Source: Candidatus Peregrinibacteria bacterium
GTDB lineage: Bacteria > Patescibacteriota > Gracilibacteria > CAIRYL01 > GCA-016699755
DNA length: 64,000 bases
Reading direction: 5' to 3'
Assembly: GCA_024762935.1 (NCBI GenBank)
Contig: JANTGK010000002.1
Coordinates: 1,320-65,319, forward strand
The notes beneath the pieces were generated by a model. That model did not search any database and was not told where the DNA came from. It was given only the letters and a program-made list of their open reading frames with translations. Positions 1 to 10,067 of this stretch are shown one piece after another. How positions within the stretch are numbered: the first letter of the stretch is position 1; each line of letters begins with the position of its first letter. The position numbers and the translations under genes were made by a program.

Positions 1-321
1 TCATTAGTGGTTAGAATGTATAATAAAAATAATTCTATCCTCTTCACAGGAGATATTGAGAAAAAAACAGAAAACACAATTCTTTCTACACCAGCAAAAT
101 TAAAATCAGATATCTTAAAGGTTGCCCATCATGGATCCCATTCTTCAACAACTCTCGCTTTTTTAAAAGCTGTTTCACCAAAAAAAGCACTCATATCGGC
201 CCATCATGATAATGTTTTTGGACATCCGAGTGAGAATATTCTTAAAAGATTATCCTTCTTTTCTGTTTCTACTTTTGTTACAAAAAAGAATGGAGAAGTT
301 ACACTCTCTCTGGTAGACTGA
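1..321 (+). CDS. comEC: ComEC/Rec2 C-terminal metallo-beta-lactamase-fold domain (5' end cut by the window edge)
   Basis: Frame 1 is open from nt 1. The translation LFTGDIE...LKVAHHGSHSS...VFGHPS matches the conserved HHGS and GHP motifs of the ComEC MBL-like C-terminus. Confidence 0.7.
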   Translation, partial: SLVVRMYNKNNSILFTGDIEKKTENTILSTPAKLKSDILKVAHHGSHSSTTLAFLKAVSPKKALISAHHDNVFGHPSENILKRLSFFSVSTFVTKKNGEVTLSLVD

Positions 322-341
322 TTTCTTTTTGTTTTTACACT

Positions 342-1643
342 ATGAATCCACAAGTTATTCTTCTTGCCGCAGGAAAAAGTTCTCGTACATGGCCCATAGC
401 CGAAAAAATATTTTTCCGTTTTTTTGGAAAAACGGTTTTAGAGCATCAAATAAAGACTCTTTCCTCTGCTGGACTAACTAATATTTGCATTGTTGGAAAT
501 AGTGATAATATAGAGAGAATACAAACCATAACATCTTCTATAAAAAATATTCATTTTACATTTGCTGTTCAGAAAAATTTAAATGAGGGACAAAGAGGTG
601 GAATACTAGCAGCTGCAGATAAAATCAATCATTCAAAACCAATACTTATTGTTTGTTCTAATGATATTGTTGATAAGTCTGCATTTGTATCACTTCTTTC
701 TTCTGCAGAAAAAAGTGAATCCAGTGTATATCTTGTGGGGAAAAAAGTGGATAACTATTTTCCTGGTGGATATCTTCGTGTGATCAAGAAAAATCTCGTC
801 ACACACATTGTGGAAAAACCAAAACCAGGAAATGAGCCAAGTAATTTAGTTACCCTTCTGATTCATCTCTATAAAAACCCCTCAATCCTCATAAAAGAAC
901 TACAACTCCAAAAAGAAAAAGATGGATACGAAGATTGTTTACAGAATATTTTTGACTCTGGTGTTCCTGCAGAAGCTGTTGAATATGAAGATTTTTGGCA
1001 AGCCATTAAATATCCATGGCATTTCCTCGATATTGGTATGAATTTTTTACAGAATATCCCCAAAAGTTTTATTCACCCCTCTGTAAAAATATCTAAAACA
1101 GCTATTCTAAATGGCTCTGTTTATATTTCTGAAGGAGTAAAAATTTATGATTATGCAGTAATAAATGGACCAGTTTTTCTTGGAAAAAATACAGTAGTAG
1201 CAAACCATGCATTAGTAAGACAGTCACATATCGGAGAAAACTGTGTCATTGGTCACACCACTGAAATAGCAAGAAGTATTATTAGTGATTATTGTTGGAC
1301 TCACCAAAATTTTGTAGGAGATAGTATTTTTGATAAGAACGTTTCACTTGGTGCAGGAACAAGAACAGGTAATCTTCGGTTAGATGAAAGAGAAATTTCT
1401 TCCTTCATAAAAGGAGAAAAAGTGAATTCTCAAAGAATAAAACTTGGCTCAATTATAGGAAAAAATGTACGTATTGGAATTAATACAAGTATAATGCCAG
1501 GTGTTAAAATTGGATCAAAAAACTTTATTGGTGCAGGGCTTGTTTGTCAGAATGATATCATTGAAAATCAATTCACATATGAAAAGAGTAAAGCAGTTAG
1601 CAAACAAAACATTTATGAAACAATTCTGCGAAAAGATTTTTAA
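342..1643 (+). CDS. Sugar-1-phosphate nucleotidylyltransferase fused to a left-handed beta-helix (GlmU-like architecture)
   Basis: N-terminal LLAAGKSSR nucleotidyltransferase P-loop-like motif. The C-terminal half is made of hexapeptide repeats (ISEGVKI, INGPVFLGKNTVV, IGENCVIG, VSLGAGTR, IGKNVRIGINTSI). Confidence 0.6.
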   Translation: MNPQVILLAAGKSSRTWPIAEKIFFRFFGKTVLEHQIKTLSSAGLTNICIVGNSDNIERIQTITSSIKNIHFTFAVQKNLNEGQRGGILAAADKINHSKPILIVCSNDIVDKSAFVSLLSSAEKSESSVYLVGKKVDNYFPGGYLRVIKKNLVTHIVEKPKPGNEPSNLVTLLIHLYKNPSILIKELQLQKEKDGYEDCLQNIFDSGVPAEAVEYEDFWQAIKYPWHFLDIGMNFLQNIPKSFIHPSVKISKTAILNGSVYISEGVKIYDYAVINGPVFLGKNTVVANHALVRQSHIGENCVIGHTTEIARSIISDYCWTHQNFVGDSIFDKNVSLGAGTRTGNLRLDEREISSFIKGEKVNSQRIKLGSIIGKNVRIGINTSIMPGVKIGSKNFIGAGLVCQNDIIENQFTYEKSKAVSKQNIYETILRKDF

Positions 1644-1988
1644 TATATCCCCAATGAACCTTTTTTTTGTTTCTTAATTTTCCGCTCTATAAAAAGGTTT
1701 TTTAAAGAAATATTTTTTTTATTTTTTAATAAAAGAAGTGTTTCATATAGGAAATCATGGAGGTATAAAAATAAAGGAGTATATTCATATATTGTGTGTT
1801 ACATTATTGTATTCAAAACTACACTACAATAATAAGGTATCAGAAAAAGGAGTGATTTATATATTTTATATCTTTTTTTTAAAAAAAAGACGGGTCTATA
1901 ATAGTTAAAAAAGGATTAATTCATAAAATAATTTGTAGAAGATGAAATAATTTGGAAAAATCATTCATGCACTTGTTTCCAAAACGAA

Positions 1989-3095
1989 ATGAAATTTACA
2001 TGTCAGCAGAAAGAATTCTTAAAAGCGCTTAATGTAGCGCAAAAAGCAGTAGGAAGTACAGGTATGCTTCCTATACTTGAAAACATACTTATCTCTGCAG
2101 AGGGGCAGAGTGTAGAAGTTTCAGCAACAAACCTTGAAATATCTATAACAACTTCGTTTTCTGCAAATATACAAAACGAAGGGTCAACAACTGTACCAGC
2201 CAAAACAATACTTTCTTGGATGAGTCTTGTTTCTGATGATGAAATAGAAGTTTCTCGAGGTGATGGAGAGAATATTTCCTTAAAAACAAAAGGATCTAAA
2301 ACATCAATAAAAGGTATTTCTTCAGAAGAATTCCCTTCTTTACCAGTAGTCGAAAAAGAAGATTCTGCACGTGTCTCTCAGAAAGAATTTAAGAAGACTA
2401 TTGAAGAGGTTGTTTTTTCAGCAGCAAGTGGTGGAACAAGACCTGTTTTATCTGGTGTTCTTTTTGTGAGTAATGGTGAAAATATTATAATGGTTGGTAC
2501 TGATAGTTATCGTCTTTCAGAAAAAAAGATGTCGTTTTCTGTGGCATCAAAGGGGAGTATTCGATGTATTGTACCTGCAAAAACTCTTATGGAAATAGAA
2601 AGGATTCTTTCTCCTGAGAATGAAAAAGAAGAAATTGAGATAATTTTTTCTAAGAATCAAATACTATTTTTAATAAATGGTGTTCGTATTATTTCTCGTC
2701 TCATCGAAGGTCAATTTCCGAATTATGAACAAATTCTTCCAAAAGCTTTTAAGAATAATCTAGAAGTAGATCGTCAGAAGTTTATTCAAACTATTAAGAG
2801 GGTTGGTATCTTTGCTCGTGAAAATAATAATAATGTTAAACTTTTTCTTACTGATAAAGAATTAAAAATAACTACTGATGCGACAGAAATAGGAACAGAA
2901 GAGTCGATTATAGAAATAGAAAATCCTGGTGGAGAAAATATGGTTTCTCTCAATTCACAATTCCTTTTGGATATTCTCTTAGTGCTTTCAGGAAAAAAAA
3001 TTCTTCTTCGTGTGGGGGAGAAGTTAAGTCCTGTATCGATTACGAGTCCTGAAGATCCAGATTTTCTTCACATTATTATGCCACTAAAGGTGTAA
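1989..3095 (+). CDS. dnaN: DNA polymerase III beta sliding clamp
   Basis: 368 aa, a typical three-domain clamp length. The N-terminus MKF.C....L..AL..V..AV and the RLIEGQFPNYEQILP motif are characteristic of DnaN. Confidence 0.9.
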   Translation: MKFTCQQKEFLKALNVAQKAVGSTGMLPILENILISAEGQSVEVSATNLEISITTSFSANIQNEGSTTVPAKTILSWMSLVSDDEIEVSRGDGENISLKTKGSKTSIKGISSEEFPSLPVVEKEDSARVSQKEFKKTIEEVVFSAASGGTRPVLSGVLFVSNGENIIMVGTDSYRLSEKKMSFSVASKGSIRCIVPAKTLMEIERILSPENEKEEIEIIFSKNQILFLINGVRIISRLIEGQFPNYEQILPKAFKNNLEVDRQKFIQTIKRVGIFARENNNNVKLFLTDKELKITTDATEIGTEESIIEIENPGGENMVSLNSQFLLDILLVLSGKKILLRVGEKLSPVSITSPEDPDFLHIIMPLKV

Positions 3096-4165
3096 TGGAA
3101 AAAAAGAAAATTCTTCTTTTGGGGTCCACAGGGTCTGTAGGGAAACAAACCTTAGAGGTTGTACGCCAGTTTCCTGATGTTATTCAAGTACAAGGTATAT
3201 CAGCTCATAAAAATATTAGACTCCTCGAGGAACAGATTTTAGAATTTAAACCTTCCTTTTTTTGCGTAACAGGTGATTTGTCAGAGAAAGAACAAAAAAA
3301 ACTTATTACAAAGTATCCTTATATAAAATCATATTTTAAACCAGAGGGCTTACTTTCTATGATTCGAGATTCTGATGCAAAAACCGTAGTGATTTCTATA
3401 GTTGGTCAAGCAGGTATTCCGCCTACACAAGTATCACTTCAAACAAGAAAACATGTTGCCTTAGCAACAAAAGAAGTACTCGTTGTAGCTGGTGAAGAGA
3501 TGATGAAACTCGCAAAAGAAAATAATGTTCATATTATACCTGTTGACTCCGAGCATTCTGCTCTTTGGCAGTGTTTTCGATCTGGAAAAAAAGAAGAAAT
3601 AAAGAAGCTTTGGATTACTTGTTCAGGTGGTCCTTTTCGAGATAAGGAAAAATGGCCTCTAGAAAAATTTAAAGAAATATCTATTACAGATGCCCTAAAT
3701 CATCCAAATTGGGATATGGGAAACAAAATATCTATCGACTCAGCAACACTTATGAATAAGGCTCTGGAGGTAATAGAAGCAGTGCGCCTTTTTCAAATAC
3801 CATACGAAAACATTGAAGTTGTTATTCATCCACAGTCATATCTTCATTCTGCTGTTGAGTATTGTGATGGATCTATTATTGGTCAAATTGGTACACCAGA
3901 TATGAAACTCCCTATTGCATACGCTCTTTTTTATCCAGAGAGACCATCACTTTCTTTTCCAAAATTCTCTTTTTTTGGAAAAACATTTCATTTTGAAGAA
4001 GTTGATCATAAAAGATTCCCCTCTCTGAGGTATGCAAAAAAAGCACTTCAACAGAATAAATGTCAGGAATTTAACACTGCAAATGAACAAGCAGTCTCTC
4101 GGTTTCTAAAAAAAGAAATAAGCTTTTTGGATATTTTTTCTTCTGTTAAGGCTTCTTTAGAGTAA
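3095..4165 (+). CDS. dxr: 1-deoxy-D-xylulose-5-phosphate reductoisomerase
   Basis: LLGSTGSVGKQTL NADPH-binding motif, VDSEHSALWQC and NHPNWDMG motifs. The start overlaps the dnaN stop (ATGA-type coupling). Confidence 0.9.
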   Translation: MEKKKILLLGSTGSVGKQTLEVVRQFPDVIQVQGISAHKNIRLLEEQILEFKPSFFCVTGDLSEKEQKKLITKYPYIKSYFKPEGLLSMIRDSDAKTVVISIVGQAGIPPTQVSLQTRKHVALATKEVLVVAGEEMMKLAKENNVHIIPVDSEHSALWQCFRSGKKEEIKKLWITCSGGPFRDKEKWPLEKFKEISITDALNHPNWDMGNKISIDSATLMNKALEVIEAVRLFQIPYENIEVVIHPQSYLHSAVEYCDGSIIGQIGTPDMKLPIAYALFYPERPSLSFPKFSFFGKTFHFEEVDHKRFPSLRYAKKALQQNKCQEFNTANEQAVSRFLKKEISFLDIFSSVKASLE

Positions 4166-4245
4166 TTTAAAAAAAAGTAGTGCAAGTAAGTGTGTAATAA
4201 AAAAACTTCTTTTTTATTGGTGAGATTTGGGTGATACAATAATTT

Positions 4246-5517
4246 TTAATTCCACAATGCTTTTAATGGTTCTTTTTTAAGGGTAGAGAGAATTGGTGGA
4301 ATAGTAGAGAAAATAGTAAGGAGGAAAATTACACCAAGGAGGGTTGTGATTTCGGGGAGAGAAATAGGAAAAAATGATTGGGGGAGAAATGATATATCAG
4401 GAAGAAATGAGAGGAGTTTTTGATTTATAAAAAAAGCTAAAATACCAAAAATGAATACTCCAATAATTATTCCGGTAAAAGAAATAATACATGATTCAAG
4501 GATAAAAAGAAGAAGGATATCTTTTTTTCTTGCACCAATAACACGTAAGATACCTATATTTCTTTGTTGTTCGAGTACTGAAAGGGAGATAAGGGAAAAA
4601 AGAGAAAAAAGGGCAATAGAAAAAATAATAAAACCAGAAAAAAGAAGAATAATTCGAACAATAAGAAGAAGATTTTTTATCTCTCCTCCGAGCTCCTCAT
4701 AACTTTCTGCTAAAAAGCCCATTTCTTTTATTTTTGTCGATACTGTGGAAACAAAATCAATACTCTCAACCTCTACAAAAACTTGTTGAAAGAAAGTGTC
4801 TTTTGGGTCTACATCAGCAATATCTTTATTTATAGAAAGTGCTTTTTTTAAAGGGATGGTGATACCAATTGTTGGAACTTTTGCAGAAATACCACGAACA
4901 ACACCTGTTGCTTCTATTGGTTTATTTTTTGTAAGATGAACCCCAAAAAAAGAGGATTGTCCAAAAAGGATTTGAACTTCTCTTCCAATAATATTTTCTT
5001 TTGTGAGTTTTTGTGTTCCAGGGAGAGAGTCTATAAAAGAGGAATTGAAAATATCAATAAGTCTTGGTGAGATAATAATAGGAATTTCTTCTTTTTTTGA
5101 AGGTTTTTCTAGTGTTTGAGATATGATATTTGAGTCAATTCCAAAAATAGGAACATCTGTTTCAAAACCTAGTCCAAAAAGAGAGATACGTATTGAATTT
5201 GGAAATTTTAAAAGCAATTGTCTTCCTATTGAGGTGACATGTGGAAGTGAAGATATTTTTTTTATATTTTCTGGTGTTAGTTTTTTTCCATCAGAAAAAA
5301 GAACAAGGGATTTATAATCTGGACGAACAACAAGTGTTGTCGGTGAAGATTTTTCTAAAAGTGGAGGAAGAATGGTTTCTTTAAGACCATTTGAGAATGT
5401 TGAAAAGAGAAACAAAACACATGTTCCTATACCTATGGCAAAACTTGTAAAAAAGAATCGTCCTTTCTTTAACAAGAGAAATTTTTTTGCAATAGAGATT
5501 GCATCTCTTATTTTCAT
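4246..5517 (-). CDS. FtsX/MacB-like ABC transporter permease
   Basis: N-terminal TM helix, a large extracytoplasmic domain, then three C-terminal TM helices with an FtsX-like motif (ILRVIGARKKDIL). No ATPase partner is adjacent. Confidence 0.7.
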   Translation of the reverse strand: MKIRDAISIAKKFLLLKKGRFFFTSFAIGIGTCVLFLFSTFSNGLKETILPPLLEKSSPTTLVVRPDYKSLVLFSDGKKLTPENIKKISSLPHVTSIGRQLLLKFPNSIRISLFGLGFETDVPIFGIDSNIISQTLEKPSKKEEIPIIISPRLIDIFNSSFIDSLPGTQKLTKENIIGREVQILFGQSSFFGVHLTKNKPIEATGVVRGISAKVPTIGITIPLKKALSINKDIADVDPKDTFFQQVFVEVESIDFVSTVSTKIKEMGFLAESYEELGGEIKNLLLIVRIILLFSGFIIFSIALFSLFSLISLSVLEQQRNIGILRVIGARKKDILLLFILESCIISFTGIIIGVFIFGILAFFINQKLLSFLPDISFLPQSFFPISLPEITTLLGVIFLLTIFSTIPPILSTLKKEPLKALWN

Positions 5518-5990
5518 GAAGCATTATTGCAAAGTATTTGTAGTCTTCTTGATGTTCCTTCTCCTATACTCTCTGTAGTAATATCTTTGTAATTTTCCGA
5601 ATTAAAGTGTGTGTGAATCAGTTTTCGTAAATACGGATCAAGAGGTGGCATAGTTTGAGGAATTTGCATGTTTCTTGCTGACTCTGCTTTTTCATCAGCG
5701 AGTTGAAGCATTTTTTCTTCCCGTGTTTTTTTGTATCCATCAATGTCTACAATGACAAAAACTCCTGTATCGATATCTTTTTTCCAGAGGAGATTTTTTA
5801 ATATGTGTTGAATTGCATTTACTCGTTCTCCATGAGTACCGATAAGAAAAGGAATTTTTTCAGTTTCAATATTTGCTCGGACAACACCATCTTTTTCTTC
5901 TAAAACTTCTATTTTTGTAAACGGGAGTTGAAGATATTGAAGGAGTTCGGAGAGGGTATTAGAAATAATTTCAATCGTTTTTGAGTTCAT
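5514..5990 (-). CDS. khpB: KH + R3H RNA-binding protein (Jag/KhpB-like)
   Basis: KH-like LIGTHGERVNAIQHIL followed by an R3H-like PPLDPYLRKLIHTHF. 4-nt overlap with the downstream permease. Confidence 0.7.
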   Translation of the reverse strand: MNSKTIEIISNTLSELLQYLQLPFTKIEVLEEKDGVVRANIETEKIPFLIGTHGERVNAIQHILKNLLWKKDIDTGVFVIVDIDGYKKTREEKMLQLADEKAESARNMQIPQTMPPLDPYLRKLIHTHFNSENYKDITTESIGEGTSRRLQILCNNAS

Positions 5991-6043
5991 GTATGGAAAA
6001 AAAACAAATTTATTTTGACAGAGTATTAATACATGAACAAGGT

Positions 6044-7603
6044 TTAAATAGTGGGGCCTCCAAAATCATCTTGTTTCACTGGAGGGAGGGTATCTTCACG
6101 AATATTTGGCATGTATTTTGAATTTATTCCATCTTCAATAAACTCTTCAATGTGAACCTCTATTGTTTTTGTATCAATAATTTCACCATCTGCATCAAGA
6201 GCTTTTACAGTAATGGTTTGGTCACCAGCTTTTCTATTTCCAAACGCATTTGCCATTTTATAGTTCCATGATGTATCTCCCTCAGAAAACTGTGAGAGTG
6301 TGTATCCATTAACACTGATTTTTGCCGTATTTTTTGGTGCTGTTCCGCTAACAAGAATGATTTCATCAGTAAGAATATCCCCATCTTTTATTGATGTAAA
6401 AGAAAGACTCCCTTCGTTTTCTTTTTGTGTTTGATTGGTTTGTTCATTCTTTTTCTCTTCTTTTATTTCCTCTTGTACAGAAGAAGAAGCTTCTTCAGAG
6501 GGGGTATCTTTTAATTCTTCAGATATTTCTTCTTTGTAGTCTGGATCATATACAACAGTGATATTTGCTTCATATCGTTTATCATCTTTTAAGGCTACTA
6601 CAGAATATTCATTTCTCCCTTCATGAAGTGTCTTCCATTCCACTGCTGCATTGTATTTAAAAGTAGTATCACCAGGTTTGAATTTAGAAAGAGTATAATC
6701 ATTTACTATTACTTTTTGTGTACCTGAAGGTACTGTTCCTGAAATAGGAACATTTTTTTTATTTGTCGTAATAGTATCGTCATTTTTTCCGGGTGTAATG
6801 ATAGTTATTTTTTCAGGAGAAGATTCTTCCATATTTTGGTTTTCTGTTTCTTCTACTTTTTCTTCTGTTGTTGAGGAAGTCGTTTCAGATAGGGGTGTAT
6901 CTTTTGGAATAGATATTTTTTCAGAGGCATTTTTTGTAAACCAATCAGAATTTTGGAATTCAACGGTTATTCCTGTTTTATCAGGTCCGTTTCCTCCTGC
7001 TTTTATTTTTTCAAAGTCTTGTTGAGTGAATTCAATTTTTTGGCCCACTTCCATATCTTTCGAGTAATTTTTTCCAATATGTATTACTCCTGAACCCTCA
7101 ATGACAGCAACTGAGTTTTGATCAACAGAGAATTTCCCCCCTTGACTCTTTAATGAGAAATTCTGTGTTGTTAGGGTAAAATATGATTGTGGGTTAATTT
7201 TGGGAGATACATGAAGCCATACTCTCCCCTCACTCAAAAGAGTTTTAATATGTATTGAGCTATCTCTTTTTAACTTTCTTGCTTGAGAAATAGTGGTAAT
7301 TGCTCCTTTATCAAGAGTAAGTGAGCTGTCATCAAAAAAAACAAGAATAGTTTCACCAGATTTCGAACGAATAGACTCCCCCTCAAGAAGTTGATCTACA
7401 TCATTGGTTTCTATGAAATTCTTGCTTTCACCAAGTCGAACACTTGATGTTCCATTTTTTTCTATGATGGTTGTATTTTCTGCTGTCCCTTTTGGAGTGT
7501 AAAAGCTATCCCAAATAAAATAAGATGCAATACATAAAATACCCACAATAAAAAGAAGGGGTAAAAATGATGATGATTGTCCTCTTCGTTTTCCTCGAGT
7601 CAT
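6044..7603 (-). CDS. Membrane-anchored FecR-domain protein with two Ig-like repeats
   Basis: N-terminal TM helix and a FecR-like beta-rich region. Two internal repeats follow an acidic linker: SGT.P....K(I/V).VN.YTLS.F..GDT.(F/W).Y. Confidence 0.5.
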   Translation of the reverse strand: MTRGKRRGQSSSFLPLLFIVGILCIASYFIWDSFYTPKGTAENTTIIEKNGTSSVRLGESKNFIETNDVDQLLEGESIRSKSGETILVFFDDSSLTLDKGAITTISQARKLKRDSSIHIKTLLSEGRVWLHVSPKINPQSYFTLTTQNFSLKSQGGKFSVDQNSVAVIEGSGVIHIGKNYSKDMEVGQKIEFTQQDFEKIKAGGNGPDKTGITVEFQNSDWFTKNASEKISIPKDTPLSETTSSTTEEKVEETENQNMEESSPEKITIITPGKNDDTITTNKKNVPISGTVPSGTQKVIVNDYTLSKFKPGDTTFKYNAAVEWKTLHEGRNEYSVVALKDDKRYEANITVVYDPDYKEEISEELKDTPSEEASSSVQEEIKEEKKNEQTNQTQKENEGSLSFTSIKDGDILTDEIILVSGTAPKNTAKISVNGYTLSQFSEGDTSWNYKMANAFGNRKAGDQTITVKALDADGEIIDTKTIEVHIEEFIEDGINSKYMPNIREDTLPPVKQDDFGGPTI

Positions 7604-7844
7604 TTTTTGGTGTAAAAATCATGTAGAACATGCCGTAATTTTTATAAAATTGCAAAAAAATCTGTTTTTTTAAAGAGTTTTACGAGAATTTGTTCATCAA
7701 AAAAATGAAAAAAAACAAAAAAGAGAAACAAAACCGCAAAAAATACTTGCCATGAAAGAATATTTCTGAAAGAATCTTTTTCGCTTCTTTCGCTTTTATT
7801 AGAATTTCTAAAATAAAAGTGCATTTCTTTGTCCATAAAGAGCC

Positions 7845-8384
7845 ATGAATGATCAAAAAATTGAATATGAACTCGTACTCCTTCTTTTTCCTTCTCTTTC
7901 TGAAGCGGATACTGAAGCTTATTTAGAGAAATTTAAAAAAGAAATACTTGGAAATATTTCTGGAGAGGTAACGTTTAAAGATTATTGGGGAGTAAAAACA
8001 TTAGCCTACCCCATACAAAAAGAAACATCTGCACATTATGTTGTTGTTCGGTTTACTTGTTTGGGTGATAAGATTGCTTCTCTTGATGAGGAAATTCGAT
8101 TAGATAAAAATGTTTTGCGACATCTTATTGTTCGAGTAGAAAAAGGAATGAATCAAATTACAAGCCAAGAGCGAGAAGCGTGGAATCAGGAAAATCTTCC
8201 AGAAAAAAAGAAGGCAAAAGGACCTGTAGAAAAACGTGCTTCAAAACACACTCGTAAGCCAAAAGCTGCAGCACCGGTAAAGGAAAAAAGAGAGGAGGTA
8301 AAACCAACGGTCCATGAAAAACTTGATAAAGATCAGTTAGAAAAGAAGCTCGATGAGATTCTTGATGGTGATTTAAATATTTAA
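7845..8384 (+). CDS. rpsF: 30S ribosomal protein S6 with a long Lys/Glu-rich C-terminal extension
   Basis: YELVLLLFPSLSE...WGVKTLAYPI core typical of bS6. About 70 extra charged residues at the C-terminus. Confidence 0.9.
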   Translation: MNDQKIEYELVLLLFPSLSEADTEAYLEKFKKEILGNISGEVTFKDYWGVKTLAYPIQKETSAHYVVVRFTCLGDKIASLDEEIRLDKNVLRHLIVRVEKGMNQITSQEREAWNQENLPEKKKAKGPVEKRASKHTRKPKAAAPVKEKREEVKPTVHEKLDKDQLEKKLDEILDGDLNI

Positions 8385-8404
8385 TTTCTTTTTAGTGATT
8401 TAAG

Positions 8405-8617
8405 ATGGCTATTTTTCAAAAGAAAACCTGTTACTTCTGTGAAAAGAAGATAAAAGAGATAGACTACCTCAATGGTCCCCTCCTCCATAATTTTATGGAC
8501 TATTTCAACCGTATTAAAAGAAGAGAGCATACTGGTGTATGTCTCCGGCATCAAAAAAGATTAGCCCAGGCTATTAAGAGATCACGTCATGTTGCCCTTT
8601 GTGGTTTTGTTCGATAA
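8405..8617 (+). CDS. rpsR: 30S ribosomal protein S18
   Basis: C.FC...I.EIDY and TGVCLRHQKRLAQAIKRSRHVAL motifs. Lies immediately after rpsF. Confidence 0.9.
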   Translation: MAIFQKKTCYFCEKKIKEIDYLNGPLLHNFMDYFNRIKRREHTGVCLRHQKRLAQAIKRSRHVALCGFVR

Positions 8618-8646
8618 AAATAAGGGTGTTTTGTTCAGAAAACAAA

Positions 8647-8672
8647 AAGATTCTTTTGAAAGGATCTTTTTT
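8647..8672 (+). terminator. Intrinsic terminator between convergent rpsR and lspA
   Basis: 7-bp stem AAGATTC/GGATCTT (one G-U pair) with an 8-nt loop, followed by a T-run. An A-run precedes it, so it could act in both directions. Confidence 0.5.
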
Positions 8673-8676
8673 ATTT

Positions 8677-9141
8677 TTATGACTTTTTTTGGTGTTGTTG
8701 GGTTTCAAAAAAAATAAGTCCTATTACACCAAGAGAGATAGCAATATCAGCTACATTAAATATAGGAAACTTCCATATGGCGAGAAAATCTGTAACGCTT
8801 CCAAAAAGAATACGTTCTATGAGGTTGCCGACAGCACCTGAGAATATGGAAGCTAAGCATACACTCTCAAAAATACTAATTTTTCGTTGTTTAAAGTATG
8901 TAAAAATAATGACTAAAAGAATGAGTGAGAAAATGATTTGTAAGGTTGTTGGAAGCGGTATGGAGAAGGCAAGACCAGGGTTTTTATGTAGCTCAATAAA
9001 AAAAATACCTGAAAAAATCTCAAGAGGTTCTTTTAGTTTTATTGTTACAAGGTATTTTGAAAGAAGATCAAAGAGGAGAATATCAAAGCCAATAAAAAGA
9101 GGAAGAAATACTTTCATATTATGCTTGGTGAGCTGCACCAA
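8677..9141 (-). CDS. lspA: Lipoprotein signal peptidase II
   Basis: Four TM segments, NPGLAFS and FPIFNVADIAISLG motifs typical of LspA. Confidence 0.85.
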   Translation of the reverse strand: MVQLTKHNMKVFLPLFIGFDILLFDLLSKYLVTIKLKEPLEIFSGIFFIELHKNPGLAFSIPLPTTLQIIFSLILLVIIFTYFKQRKISIFESVCLASIFSGAVGNLIERILFGSVTDFLAIWKFPIFNVADIAISLGVIGLIFFETQQHQKKS

Positions 9142-10042
9142 TAAGTTCAGAGATATGCTTTACTCCTTCTGCTTGACAAAATTCTTCCATTTCTTGGGAA
9201 ATAAGTGAAAACGCATCTTTTCCTCGAAAATGGAGTGCTGTACCAACACCCAAAAGGGTTCCCCCAGCAAGGAGCATTTCAATAGCATCTCTTCCGGTTG
9301 TTATCCCCCCAGTACCAATAATGGGGATTTTTACCGCTTCGTAGATATCCCATACACATCGGAGTGCGATGGGGAGAATAGCAGGACCTGACACTCCTCC
9401 AAATGTGTTATGGAGTATGGGGGTTCGGAGTTCAGGATTTATTCGGAGACCTGGGCCAACTGTGTTAATAGCTGTAATAGCATCAGCACCATTTGCTTCA
9501 CAGGCACGGGCAACATCTGCAATATTGGCTACATTTGGCGAGAGTTTAATAGAAACAGGAATATCACCTGCATGATTTTTTACAGATTTTGTCATCTGCT
9601 CAGCAAAGTGACAACTTCCAGAAAAAAGGTTTCCAAATTCTTTTTTTACATTTGGGCATGAGATATTCACCTCGATGATATCTGGGTGTAGCTGAGTCGC
9701 TTTTTGAGTAATTTTAGTAAAATCCTCAACAGAACCAGCAACGATATTTGCAATAATGGGAGCATTGGTGTGTTTTCGGTATTCTGTAATCTCTTCACGA
9801 GATTTTTCAATACCTGCATCAGGAAGACCAACAGCATTCATAAGGTATGAATCATTAGCAATGATGACAGGATTTTTATGTCCTTCGTGTTTTGTTACCC
9901 ACCATGATTTTGTTGTTACCCCTCCAGCACCACGATTGACAACATCTGCCATTGTTTCTCCAGTAACACCTAAAATGCCACTGGCGAGCACAAGGGGGTT
10001 CTCAAAAGAAATGCCACAGAAAGTTGTTTGAAGAGTGTTCAT
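9119..10042 (-). CDS. pyrD: Dihydroorotate dehydrogenase, class 1 catalytic subunit (or a closely related dihydropyrimidine-dehydrogenase-like flavoenzyme)
   Basis: FENPLVLASG, the NISCPN catalytic-Cys loop, and the GTGGITTGRDA FMN-binding tail. No pyrK is adjacent. Confidence 0.8.
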   Translation of the reverse strand: MNTLQTTFCGISFENPLVLASGILGVTGETMADVVNRGAGGVTTKSWWVTKHEGHKNPVIIANDSYLMNAVGLPDAGIEKSREEITEYRKHTNAPIIANIVAGSVEDFTKITQKATQLHPDIIEVNISCPNVKKEFGNLFSGSCHFAEQMTKSVKNHAGDIPVSIKLSPNVANIADVARACEANGADAITAINTVGPGLRINPELRTPILHNTFGGVSGPAILPIALRCVWDIYEAVKIPIIGTGGITTGRDAIEMLLAGGTLLGVGTALHFRGKDAFSLISQEMEEFCQAEGVKHISELIGAAHQA

Positions 10043-10067
10043 GTTGTAAGAATCATATCTAAAACTA

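Noticed and set aside
1644-1988. oriC upstream of dnaN (a 345-bp very AT-rich gap, with no dnaA upstream). I also considered the AT-rich recR-ssb spacer (58309-58626).
   Set aside because: I found no clusters of DnaA-box-like 9-mers (TTATCCACA or near matches) by eye in either region. There is only an 8-bp inverted repeat (1804-1811 / 1825-1832) and A/T runs. GC-skew analysis on the full genome would be needed.
7642-7836. 64-aa ORF with one hydrophobic helix between the FecR-like gene and rpsF.
   Set aside because: The F/K/N-rich translation is what AT-rich non-coding DNA produces. Accepting it would leave only 8 nt for the divergent rpsF promoter region. No motif supports it.
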